A stretch of 64,000 nt of DNA from Phallusia mammillata (taxonomy: Eukaryota): contig OZ281498.1 in NCBI GenBank assembly GCA_965637545.1, positions 17,608,001-17,672,000 on the forward strand. Reading direction: 5' to 3'. Below the pieces are notes generated by a model. That model did no database searches. It had not been told where the DNA came from and was given only the letters and a program-made list of their open reading frames with translations. How positions within the stretch are numbered: the stretch's first letter is position 1; every line of letters begins with the position of its first letter. The position numbers and the translations under genes were made by a program. This document shows positions 1 to 13,500 of the stretch, piece by piece.

Positions 1-1228
1 ACATATTCTGTAAAAAGTATATTTTGGCGCAACTAAATGGCCAAAATACACTTTACTAAACATTAGAGTGGATTCAAAGAAAGGTAAATATTTCTGCCTG
101 CGACTGGCTCTTTTCAAAACTTTTAGAAGCTAAATCGGTCTTGTTAAAGAAACAAGACTTAAATTTTCTGCGTTATTTCCTAGCAATAATCGCATTTTTT
201 GTTTAAAAAACAATATTTTTCAAAGCAGTTCGCAGTGTTTATTGGGTGAAACTATGAAAGCATCGTCTACATTTCAAATCCATTTTAAACATGAAACAGT
301 GCAGATATTGGTGCTATCAGAATGAGACGAAAAACTAGTGCAATTTGTAAAGCATTCGAGGCTTTGTAAATGTTGGTTCGGTTCGTTATTCCTGAATTCA
401 TGGAGACACGAAGATAAGACACATAAGGAACAAAAGGTAACAATCTTGGTAAACAGAAATTGATCGAAATGTTATTAGCAGTGTGTTCTTGGGTCATCAC
501 AGTGCAATTGCTACTACGTACTTGTGCATTTATATAACAACTAAATATATGAAAGTGAAGCAATGCGAATATAATATAATAAGCATCTACAGCAGTGTTT
601 TCAAACTCTTTTTCTTACCTAAAAAATTTCCTCCAAACCCATAAAATGTTCAATACGTTACGGCCGAAAAGTCTTAATTTGACAATACCTCGGTTTAAAC
701 CAGATTCTAGAAAATGATATTCATAAAATAGATATACTTACAAAACAAAGTAATAAAAACAGTTCAAGTCACGAGCAATACCTCGATACCAACACCCCAT
801 ATAAAAATCAGCCAAGTTGTGAAACACTACTCTACAAAAATGGTGAACAACAGACATACAGCTAGCAATGATGCAACAACTAGCGAACTAACTCAAATTG
901 TCGTACCGTTTACTGACTACTTATTCTACGTTGAATTACTTTACATTAATAAAAGTAAAATGAATATATGAGTAAACACAATGTGTACATAAAAATCAGT
1001 GATACAAAATTACTGATCTGTAGGCCCATATTTGAACACAGCAATCGTTTAACTGAACATTTTTACCACAAATGTGCTAAATTACAAGTACCCGAGAGAG
1101 GACTGGTTAGAATAGGACGAAGTTATTAAAATAAGCCTGAGAAGAACGAAATGCACACATTTGAGACGGAATGATGGTTGGTAAAAGAAACATATGGTAA
1201 AGAAAAATGGGATGTAGGCAATGTGAGG

Positions 1229-4200
1229 TTAGTCGTCCAACTGACACAGACATGCGACTCCTCTGTTGACCCAATGTTGTTCTGGAAGTGACGAGGGAAA
1301 CCTGAGAAAATTTGGAACAACGGATTTAATGTAAAATAATAGACAAGGGGGTTTAAAAAGGCTTGATAACCTTCTGAATAAATTTTTTTAAATTTCTTTA
1401 ACAACCTAAATCCGCACACCCCCAAAACTTGAATTTATCCGGGTTACGAAAGTAAAATAACCTATAACGATTAACCAAACTGAATACGCTCCAAACCTTC
1501 ATAACATTAATATTGTTGCAGATTTTTATTGAGGCCGGGCTTATCGGTCCAACTTGGGCTTTTGTTTAAATAAATCGGGTTTGTTTCGGGCCTTACTTTC
1601 AATTCCACCCCATTAATTTCGTAATTTCATTAACTTTCGGGCCTAATTCGGGCATATTTTAAACATACTCGAGTTCTGGCCTTTACTTTCCCGTTCGGGC
1701 CGGGTTCAGGCCCCAATTCTAAATCCGATTACACCTCTGTATTGTTTTGTTGAGGAACTACAAAAGGCAGCTCGATGGGAACTTAATCTAATCAATACAA
1801 AAAACCAACAATATACGCTTACTTTATTGTTAGCACATAGTTGGTGGAATGACCAGTTGTAGATAGAACACCTCTTCTGGCGCTTGTTTTGTACACAGGA
1901 CAGCTGTATGTTATTTCGTCACTAGATGTATCACGCTTATCTCGAACTTGATGTGGTTCCAACCAAATCTGGTGGCGTGAATAGATAAAGCTAAGGAAAA
2001 TCTAATGACATGATTGTTACACTGTGTACACATTTTGAATCGTGCAAGGTTTTTGATGTTTTGCTATCACGTATAGTATGTGCATACTGACCAAAGCGTT
2101 CTACAAGGCCTACTTATGTAATGTATGCCCCAAAAAGCAAAATTGTTTGCTTTTATGTCACCGTTACGGAGAAGATTAACATGGGTAATATCGAAGTAGT
2201 GGCAAATTTAAAGCTAAAAACAAAAGCAATAAGTTGACTTAAAACACTTTTGGTTGTTGTAACTATTTTCTTATTGGTGCCCGATTGTCGATAGATTCCG
2301 GGTATCTACGAGTAAAGTAAAGGATACAGCAGGTATGACGTCATAGAGGGTTTTGGTTTGTGATTCAACAATCACTTTTTCCTGGCGACACCATCTTGCA
2401 CCTTCCATAAACAGGCCTTGGATGTAAACTCCGACAGTCTGAAAAATCAAAGATATTGTGCATTTTCTATTGCAACATAGCAGATATACCCTGGACGTAA
2501 ATAAAAGATGACAGCTTAGACAGAGTAAAAAGCAAATAACCACTAAACCAGTGGTTCTCAACTCGTTTCAGGCCATGTACCACTGGCCAGTAAAAATAAT
2601 ATCGTGGACAATTCCATTTTTGAGCAGAAAAAAACACTTATTTACAACCGATTTTCAAAAAGTGGAATAAAATTAAACTAACATTTTGACCCTCTTTCAA
2701 TATATAAAATGCAATCATCTCCAGTTTACCACAGTTTATATCAGTGGACAACCAGCCTGTTTGGAGTTTATACAGCTGTAAACCTTATGAAAAGTAGAAA
2801 CTGCGTAAAGAAGGAAAAATAATTGGTTCAGACAAACAAATCGAAGACAAGTTGTACAGATATTTTACCAAAGGTAGTTGGTCATCATTTTAAACTTTAA
2901 CTCACTGGTCGAGATCTTGGACGGTCTTCATCAGTCACGTGATATCGAAAGTCAAGTCGGTCAATGGGGATCTGGCGCCTCCTAGCGTAATTCTGCATAC
3001 TTCCAGTGAGAAAGGATTGAGTGAAGAAAAATCCAGAAATCCAAAAGACGATCGGTTTACCGTGTGTTACCCAAGTCTGCAAATTACCCATGTTTATTTT
3101 GTGGCATAGCACATGTGTTATGTGAACATGTGGAACAACATTATAAAGCATATTTAGGTGTGTTTATAAAAAGTAGCAAATAAATGCACAGATACAAATC
3201 GGTTTGCTTTTATCTCTATTACTGTTCGTGTTTTTTTTAATTTAGTTTAAATTGCATAAAGCTGCATTAAAGCATCGTTTCAGTTTTTGCAGTTTTCTGT
3301 ATAATAAATCTTGCACAATGGTCACGTGGTTATACTTTTCCCACACTGTTTAAAGTTTAAACGTTTGCTCAACCAAACGCTGAACAGCTCACATTTAATC
3401 GGTCGTATTTCAAATTTACTAAAATTCCATTCTACTACTCACCTTGAAAAACTGCAATCTGGCAATTAGGTCGCTTACGTAGCCACCTAGCGGTTTAAGT
3501 GACGGATAAGATTTGGAAGCCCACAACGAAGGGACTTTCCCTACAAGCATATTATCCAACACATCTTCCAGTTCACTCGAAAGCAAAACAAGACCTCGCA
3601 AGGCTCGTTTTAAATCCTACAAAATACCAATAAACTCGTTAGGTTAGGAAAATGTAAATAACTAATAAAAATAGTCTCAGTTCAACCTACTTACACAGAC
3701 AAACGACAAACTTTTGTTAATTAAACGTTTCGGTAGGTAAATTTTTCCATCGTCAGTTTTTCAGAATTGCGCAATTTGTTGGTGCAATACGGGACATCCA
3801 AATTATTAGGTAAATTGAACAGATGCGTATGCATTGTTCCTAAAAGTAATTAAAACTTAAAAACATAACAGATAATTTTTGATAACTATTGTAAAAGAAA
3901 AAAAGATTTATTCTGGAAGTAATAGGGCTCAACGCTTTATGGATAACTTTAACAGTCGAGAAATAATTCGTATGAGCATATTAAGGTCTGCGTAAACACT
4001 TTTCCGCGTGGGGCCAGTAGAGAGCAAACAAAATTAGCCACAAGGTATCAGTAAAGAACCAGTAAAAGGGTATCTGCAAGATGTCTGTAAAGAGCCAATA
4101 TGTGTATTGTCAGTCCATAACACAATGCATTTATTTTATAAACAGATCCACTAAATAGGATATACCTGCAAGCTGCTTCGAACGACCGCTGTGAGTCTAT

Positions 4201-4563
4201 TGAATCGAATTAGTTCCTGCACAAGCACCGTGTTCATGCTTTCGCTGTAGTCGGTCGGGTATTTGACTTGCACTTCCTCCAAATTAAACGGATCTGGAAG
4301 CTTCGACAGAATATCTGATGCCAGTTCTTGGACAATTACCTTAAATCGAGAAATAAACGATCTTGGTAAACTTAGAACGTTGTCAATGTAATACCTAGAC
4401 TAAGCAGGCAAAATTTTGATGCTAAAAAAGGTCATCCCACCTGCGGTGATTTTCCACCAGCTGATGTCGAAAGGCGGGGAAGCGTGACGAGAATTCCATC
4501 GAACATCTGTTGAGTTTCTTGCTGGTCTTTTGAAATGTCGGCGTTCAGATGAAATCCAAAAAC
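1229..4563 (-). CDS. DNAH3: Dynein heavy chain C-terminal domain exons (last seven exons, stop at 1229-1231)
   Basis: [90 protein letters not shown]. Confidence 0.93.
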
Positions 4564-7500
4564 CTAAAAATGCAACAGAAATATTGATTTAGTTTTTTTC
4601 ACAATAAAGGAGCAAAACCGCACCTTAACCTCTACAAAAGACTACGAAATATACATCGTTTTATGAGGCTAGGGATTATAGCCTAGGATTCAGCAAGACA
4701 AACAATAATCCAGCAAGAATACTGTGTATCCTCGTAATGAATACCTAATAATGCAAGAACACATACTGCAACTAAACTTATCGTATGTTACTTAGGCTTT
4801 TGACTTAAGCCAGGGGTGTCCAAACTGCGGCCCGCGGGCCAAATGCGGCCCCCGACGGCATTTTAAGTGGCCCGCGGCTGTTTTTTTTTAATTGTGTTGC
4901 GTATGGCCCGCCATAGTTTGGAACTTTGGATTAAGTTTTGAGGTTTTGGCGACGCTACATCACGCAAAAGCTTTTCATGGAACTTTATTTACCGGTAAAA
5001 AGGAAGGTGCTGACTCAACAAAATCACAAAATTTCCTTAAACCCGGTAAATTTGTGTCTTAATTCTGAATAAACGTTGGCCCGCGGGCGTCTTTACCTGG
5101 TAAAATTTGGCCCCCGTTAAAAAAAGTTTGGACACCCCTGACTTAAGCATTGGACCATTTCCACTCACCATATTTACTATTCAACCAACATACTATTAAG
5201 AAACGACACCCACAAAAGCTATTGCGCAATCCGACATCACGTGACATTGTTGATAAACATTAGACAACCGTAGCACAACGCGTAAAATGATCCACATTAA
5301 CGTGGGCGTTTTTTAAAATTCTCCACTAAAATTCCCCAATAGTCCTTCGGGTTCGGGTTGATGTTTAACTTGCGTATGTACTGGCATACTCGACACTTAA
5401 AAATGGCCATACAAATGATTTCTAAAATGTTTGGGATTATTTAAACTACTTATTAAAGCAAATGCTTTTCATAGGTTATGGTGTTACACTAATGAAAGAT
5501 ATTCTGTTTTGAAATCCAAATCTAATGGTTTGTAGGAAATCGTAAATGGGCATTTTTTAAAAGTTTGTCCAGGTAACAAAACACACTGGAGAGAATTATG
5601 TCCGTGGCATTGCTACGACACACCTGTTTCGCCATGTTGCAAAACAAACACCTTTGAAACTGTGTTAGTTTGTAATATACATCGCCAGCTAACCTTGACT
5701 TTAAATTCCATACAGTTAGCTGTATTTGAATACATGATCAAAATAATTCTGTCTTCATTAGTTCATCAGTTAAATTTTTCCACGCTTCTGCGATGAAAGC
5801 AAAGCTACGAAGTTTGATAACAAACAGAGCAAGAACAAAGGTTTTAAAAAAACTTTACGCAACCACACCCTCTTAATTGATTGCATCATTCTGTTATTTC
5901 ATCAGGTGCAAAAATTTAAATGATTCTGTTTCATGCTGGTAAGTGATTTGCGTTTGCGTTTTACCTATACCAAAGACGAGAGACTAAATTGGTTGACTAG
6001 TTCAAAAAGACATTTAAATAGTCTTCAACTTTCACGTGGAATTTGATGGCGCCGGTACTAAGGCTTTGCTTAGACATGGTGGACAACGACTAAATGAACA
6101 GATTTACAAATATTAAAGTTGCAGTTTTCCAGTTGATGACACAACCGAAACGAATACCCACAAAAATAAATAAAAAATACACCCAACCATCCACAAACAT
6201 TGACACTTATTTATTGCACATGACTGCACAAACGAACGACAATGCAATCATTGAGCACGAAAGCAAATAAAGTTACAGCAATTAATATTGGCTTTTATAA
6301 TTTTGTGGGCCAAATACATCAATACCTAAGTCACTAAGTGTATGGGGAGGCCAACACAAAAATATTTCACAAAAGTGTTGTTTACTACGATCCCTATAAA
6401 CAAACCCCAAGTTCCAACAATGCCATCGAAGCGAAAAATATGGTGGGTGTTTTCAACAACTACGCGTTCGACTTTGGACCTGATGCTGTAGCGGATGTAT
6501 CTTGTACAATGGGATGTTCGACGAAAAGGCGTTTTTTGTGTGTCGCAAGGTTTGTAATTTTCCATCCTATTAGTCGTGTGACGTTTGCCAAACGTTTCGC
6601 GCGATTTGATGTGGTAAAAACACTGAACCTCCTGAGTCTGTAGTCTCCACAAACACAGGACAAACTGTGTTATTGTGAAATACATAAACCAAAGCATTGC
6701 ATATATTCCTTTTTTAACAAATAGTTGTTTCCTCAGAAATGTATAAAATGTTACAAAAATGTGGCTTAAATTACGAGGTTATTGCGACATAGCTTTTAGC
6801 GCTTCTTAACCTCGCCTGTTGATGGTGAAACCACAGCTAATTAAATTAGACTTTTATACGTCTTATAGAATCGGGTAATTAGGATGAAATCGTGTAACGG
6901 CAATTTTAACGTAAACGTATTTTCATCTTTTAAGTTCAACAAAAGTTTGCGAAATGTGATCGCAATTCAAAGATACAAGACCAATAATATACGAGAGTGT
7001 GTAGGACAGATGTAAACGCAAACAAGAGTGGCACAGCAAGTTACATTTTGTTGTTACAAGAAAGACAGCCACCTATTTAGCAAGGCGATGCGAAGCAAAA
7101 ACGTCTTAGCTAGCCCTAATAATGTTCAGTGCACAAAAATGCTGACAAAAAATCTGTCGAAAATCGTTTTGCTGCTTTATACCAAATGGGAAAATCCCTC
7201 ACGGTTTTTGTTTGCCTAGCTCATGAAGGAAATATATAGGCTGAAACGCCACCAACAGAACACAAAGGAGAACGTTAACTGGCATGAAAGGGCGTTAGAA
7301 ACAAAGTCACGCAGGTTTGTTTTTACCGAAGACAAAAAAGATTGTATGCAGTGGCCCTACACTTTTCGAATCTAAAGGACTATTTGGAGGACAGGAAAGT
7401 ACAAAAAGTGCACAAAAATGCTGACAAAAAATCTGTCGAAAATCGTTTTGCTGCTTTATACCGAATGGGAAAATCCCTCACGGTTTTTGTTTGCCTAGCT

Positions 7501-10500
7501 CATGAAGGAAATATATAGGCTGAAACGCCACCAACAGAACACAAAGGAGAACGTTAACTGGCATGAAAGGGCGTTAGAAACAAAGTCACGCAGGTTTGTT
7601 TTTACCGAAGACAAAAAAGATTGTATGCAGTGGCCCTACACTTTTCGAATCTAAAGGACTATTTGGAGGACAGGAAAGTAAAAATCCATGTATTTTGTGA
7701 GCCTATAACTAAAAAGCAAAATTTAACTTCAACGGTTTCAAATTTCAAATTGCGCAAAGAAACAACTTTTAGTCATGTATAGTTTGACGGGGATATAGGT
7801 AACATGCGCATATAGGTTACATGCGACTACAGGCAAAGTTTGTGTAAGATACAAACCAGCGACTTTACCAGCATTAAACAGCCCCTTTGTTCTCCATCGA
7901 TCGATAACACGAGATGCTCAGTCGTTACGTTTTAAACCATATTTCGCAAGAGGAATTAGTATTGTTGGCTGACTTTAAGTTTGACACAAAAGCAAACTGA
8001 TTGAAAGTCTTGTTTTTATGCTGTGCAGGAAAACAAATGCTTGACTACTGCACAAGCACTGGAAAAAGTATTCTTACATCCATGTTGAATTCCTTCTTTG
8101 AAATATTTAACTTCAAACCATTTGTCGCTGGACTTTTTCATATCGACGATTCCGAGTACAAAAGCGTCTTAATAGTTGCAAGCAAATTCCGAATCTTTTA
8201 GCACTTTGTGCTTGACAGGTTAGCATTACAAACTTTCCAAAACGTTCATAGAAAACTTTCCAAAATTTTTCTAGATGTTTGTTTGTATGCTTTGAACATT
8301 CATACAACGTTTTTTTTTTTTTTTTAGAAATCAAGAATGCCAGAAAGCGGCATTTTTCTTTTCACTCACGAACAAGGGAAAGGTATCACAACAATGAAAT
8401 CAGCTGTACCATTTATGTGAGTAGCCAAATACATGTAACTTTTACTTAACGAAGGTACACAGGTTGCAGTTCTAAATGGTGGATGACTTGCGTACACAAA
8501 ATTTTCTATGTTTTAGCAAAAGGAACCAGTACAGAAATAAATAAATAAAAAATATTTGAAATCACCGATCACTGATGGTGCTGTAAGGAATAATCTAATA
8601 CAACTTAGCTGTTGTTGCAAATTTGTGTTTTGTTTTGCGCAATGACCTGTGACGTTAGGCCACAAAGTTATCGAAAAAAACTGGCTAATAACAAATGTTT
8701 CTTGATAGCTCATCGAGCGACGATGACCGTCATTTGGAAAGTCGCAACCGTGCTGCTCCAGAGCGCCCACAAGAGGATGAAGAAGACGACGTCGACCAAG
8801 AGGCAGAATACGAGATGGAGTCAGACGCAGAAGGATCTATTATGGAGGAAGACAGCGCTGATGCAGGAGAAAGTGAATCGGAGGAATTCCAAGATCAGTT
8901 TGACAAAAATGACGACAGTGAAGGAAATGGTATCATTCCAAACCCTAACGCAGCTTAGCGTTTGACTTGTGCAAACAAGATTTGCAACGATGTACATAGT
9001 AATAAAAAATGAGCTTCATGCTGTTTTGGACTTAATATTTCTTTTACAGTAACTAAACCCAACCAGCTTTTAAATGCCATTGTGATTAGTTGTTCTTTAT
9101 GCACTTTCATAACATTAAATTTGAGTTTAGGTTGATAATGGCCAGAGAAAAGTTTCTGTAAAATTATTTTATTTGTTGCCCACGCAGAGGGAAAATTTGT
9201 CATCATTAAAAGTTACATAGTGAATCTGGGTTGTTTCGTATGACTAAAATTAATCAAAAAACACAAACAATTAATTCAGGTTCAAATTAAACATGTTTGT
9301 ACACTTTGCTTAGTGCTGTATGGTTTTAACGTTGTAGGTTGTAGTATACATTTAGTAGAAGCTTGTAGAAACGCAGTTAAAAAAACGTGCTGCCTAAAAT
9401 GCTGTTTGGCTGCAAAATCACATACCATTCTATAATTTAAAACACCATAAAATTTGTGCATTAACAATAAAGTTGGAATAATATTGCTTATACACAGTGG
9501 TAATATTACAGCAATTAAACTAATACGTATGTTATTTGAATTCATTTAGTCGGGTATTGTTGCTTTGCTCAAAGGTGTAAAAAAAACGTTTGCCAAACAT
9601 GGTCGTAGTTACCCAAAACGTTTTAGTGTGATGTTAGCTTCAGTTTTATGTCGCAACTGATAGAGAAACTAGAGTTTCGGTAACGCCAAGTGACGTCATC
9701 CTGAAGGGCGGGGTTACTTCAGGTTTTACGTGGCACGTTACACGACGTCAATCCACGTCGCCACTCGCCAGCTTCTGCAGCGCTTAAGCAAACGCAGAAG
9801 AAAAATACTTTTAAACCGCTATGCCACATTTTCTAAACGGTGAAATTCATAAGAATGTACATCGGTGACGCAAAGTGACGTCATCCTGAAGAGGGTTACT
9901 TCAGGTTTTAGGTGACACGTGATGTATCGTCATTGCACGTCGCCAGCACTAAAGGCACAATGTCACCGTTCAGGCCAACGCTAAAGAAAACCGTTTTAGA
10001 CCGATATGTGAGGTTGTTTGAACGGTGTAATTCATAAGGATGTACGTCTTTCAAGGGTTCCTCAAAGACTATGAAATTTAATTCCTGCCAGAGCATAGTA
10101 AAACCAACTAACATATGAGTGACATGGCGCTTTTTGTTTTAAATCATATGTGGGGGTTTAAATATTGATTTGAAGACAAAACATAAAACTCTAATTCTTT
10201 AGGAGGCAAAACGACTTTAGTGTGCAAAATGATTCAAAAACCAATCGACTCTACTGCTTTAACAAAACGATTGAAGAAAAGTAAATGATTTAGTTGTCAT
10301 TCATACAGCGCAGTAATTCGGTTCCTGTTACATGTTTCATGTCAAAAAACGTACGTAACATTGTTCGTCAAGTCCGGAAGTAATCAGTGCGCAATACTTG
10401 AACGTGTTCCAAAGCGGATATTACTTCAATTTACGTTTTTTCAAGTAAGATTACATAGCCAAAGGAAAAAATCAATTGGGCCTAACAAAAAATATATTTC

Positions 10501-13500
10501 TACGTGGTATAATAGGGTGACGGATCTCTTTTGTTTGGATATCAGGGGTTAATAATTTACCATGGTGACTCGTGATTTGAGATCATAGACATTGTTCATA
10601 ACCTTTGACTGAAACTCAATTGCAACATAGTTTGTTTGTGGCATCAAGTAACGGAGGTAGAACTTGTTACGCGAAATGTATGTATCCGGCGGTTTAGAGT
10701 TTAGACTTCTTTAGGTTATGCGTATTTTTAAGTCAAAACCAACGTTTTAGATTTGCCTACAAATGGGTTGTGAAGAGTCAACTGTGACAATGCTTTAACG
10801 TCTTTAGGCCAAATTTGATATAAATCCAAATTCACTGTTTAGGGATCCGTGGCAAACAATATACAATGTCTTGTAAACTACAGCACACACACACATTAAA
10901 CCATACAAACTCAAACAAATTTAACACCGATTGATGATGCTAATAATCAAAACAAGGTGGATAAATTGATGGTTTTCTGAACCTCAGTGGTTTTTAGCTG
11001 AACGGAAACGTTTGCGAATAACGGAAAATATGTCAAAAATGTAGAGCCAATAGTCTTGAGTGACCTCTTGACTTGCTTGAGTACTCCTATGTCGTGGCAT
11101 TTAAGCAATTGTTAACACTAGAAATGGCCTTCAGTAACCTTGACCTGGAGTAACCCGCACCACGTTACAAACAAAAATACAAACCGTATTAGGTATAAAA
11201 AGCTGATGTCACGAATCTTGGGCGAACGCATCGATAAAAACCAACATTACGCCATGGAGGTTAAGCATCGTGGCAAATCAACAAGGTTCCACCAGACAAA
11301 AGAAAATGTTACGCAATTAGCTAATTCGTTTTGTTCGCACAGTTATTTGTCGGCATCTGAAATTGGGCATTTTAAGGCCAACAAAGTGTATTTACTTAAG
11401 GTTACAATGAGGTAACAAACTTTTATATTCCATCTCGAGGCTTTTGTTTGAACGGATGTATGGCGGATGTAGCAGTAAATTAAGAGCGCAATGACTCATG
11501 TCTACTATGGCGCCTAACAATGTTGAACTATGGACTAGAAACGCATTGCGACACCGTTTATTAGGGACTAAATAACGGAGGTGTCAGGTACAGAACCGAT
11601 CTCCATTTTTATTTTAAACCCAGCTTGTTGGCAATGCATATATGCAAGATCTAGGCATTCAACTGTGACGACTGTGTATTTTTCATGCAACGTCTTTGAG
11701 TGTATACATTTGGAAAATTCTTTAGTCCACGTAACAGAGTCCAGTTGAAGCGAAGTCCTAATTTTTTCGTCATGCTGATTGCAATCAATTTAAAAACATA
11801 TAAGCACGTTACAAAATAAAATACTCCTGAATGGGACATCGAAACGTCGACATATCATAATAAAGACTGCCAGAAGAGCTAAAAATTTGCTTGAGATACA
11901 AAACAAACCAAATTTTGAACAAAAAGTTATTGTTGTATTCAATGTTGGATTTTAAGCCATCTACTTCCAGGATCGTTTGCAGGAGTACAAAATGCAAAAA
12001 AGTATATCAAAATGGTGTTAGTAGTAAGCCTAACGGTATCATAAACCCACTGGCGCTTTTTTGCGCCGGGCTATGATGTGGTTTGTGGTAACTCTATAAT
12101 AATGACCCTGAGTGTCCTTGATATCCCACTTCACACAACGAAACGCAGTGGGGAGTTCTTGGTGATGTCACAATTTTGGAGCGTTCGCTTTAAAGGAGAA
12201 AAAATATCAAGAAAATTAACCTACCCTATCTATTTCAAAGGCCCCACAAAATATTAAGCAAATAAGTATATTTTACAATTTGTTAGAAGATTTTGCCATA
12301 AAATGACACATCATGCTTTATATACTTATGAAATAGCTATAAGCTGCTTGGTCGTGAAATTCTCACAACCAACTTGGCCTGGGGTAACCTACACCACTCG
12401 ACTATAGCCTTGTGCAACCCATCGCACCATGAACGCCCCATATACTCAAGACTACGAATAAACTCAACCAGTTGGGATGTGAAACGCAACTAATTAAACA
12501 AGGCTTTTGTTGTCCAATTTCATTGTGATAACTGATAGATACAAATATCAGTGAACCGATGTTGCTACAATCGTAGGGATATGCGAGAGCGTATCAGTCA
12601 ACGTGTTTTATGAGTAATTTTCCATTGGGCTCCTTTGTTTGCCGGGGCAGTGAACTGTTCCCAAACCCATCATGTCAAAGCCCCATCAATGTTTCGGTTT
12701 AGGAACTCATTACCCATGCTTGCAACACAAATAAGTGTTATTGAAACTCAAATATGGTTGAATCAGTATTGTGAGCCTAGCTTCTTGCATTATCATGCCG
12801 CAGTTTTTTTCTTTCGTTATGCATTTTCCTATATCAAGTAGTAAACTTTACACAATCTAACTGCAGTTAAGTGCTAATATATTGTAATTGGGGACTGCCA
12901 GCCGGACAGTACCAAACGGTTCGACAAGGTACAGATATTTGTTTTAGTTGCAACATTAATCGCGTGACACAAAATGGCGTATTTCGTACATATATATTAA
13001 GCGCCTGTGGGCAGTACACATTAGACTTAGAGGTAAGACAAAAAATAGATACTACACATGTTAGGGCTTCAAGAAATTAGGTATTTTACGACCAGGATAT
13101 TCAGGTATAGCAGAACACGGGGCTACAAATGGCAACTTGCTTAGGACTTTTAGCATAAAAAATGTTTGCACAGTCGGTTTAACGTACGAAGGCTCAGCGA
13201 TAAAATACATGTTTACCGACAATTGTCAGTTACGTATTAGTTTACAAATCCGGATAGCTCTAAGGTTTTACTAACTTTGAAAATTCCTAAACTGTATACC
13301 AGTACAACTAGTAAAAATTGTTTCGCAAAATACATTCTGGTGTTTTCAGGTTTTGTTAAACTACACTGCGTGTTATATTCTACCGTATCAAGTAGTAATT
13401 ATTTTTTTTCAATTAAATATTCATGAAAACTACATTGCCAAAGTTTCGCCCACACGTTGCTGGTTTGTTTCAAGTTGACGCCAGCGAATACAAAACGTTT

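Noticed and set aside
590-832. Degenerate inverted ends resembling a hAT MITE (CAGCAGTGTTTTCAAACT...AGTTGTGAAACACTACTC)
   Set aside because: TIRs are imperfect and there is no convincing TSD; too weak to call.
285-1425. ORFs 285-563 and 1126-1425
   Set aside because: No recognisable motifs; the second overlaps the last dynein exon in a different frame.
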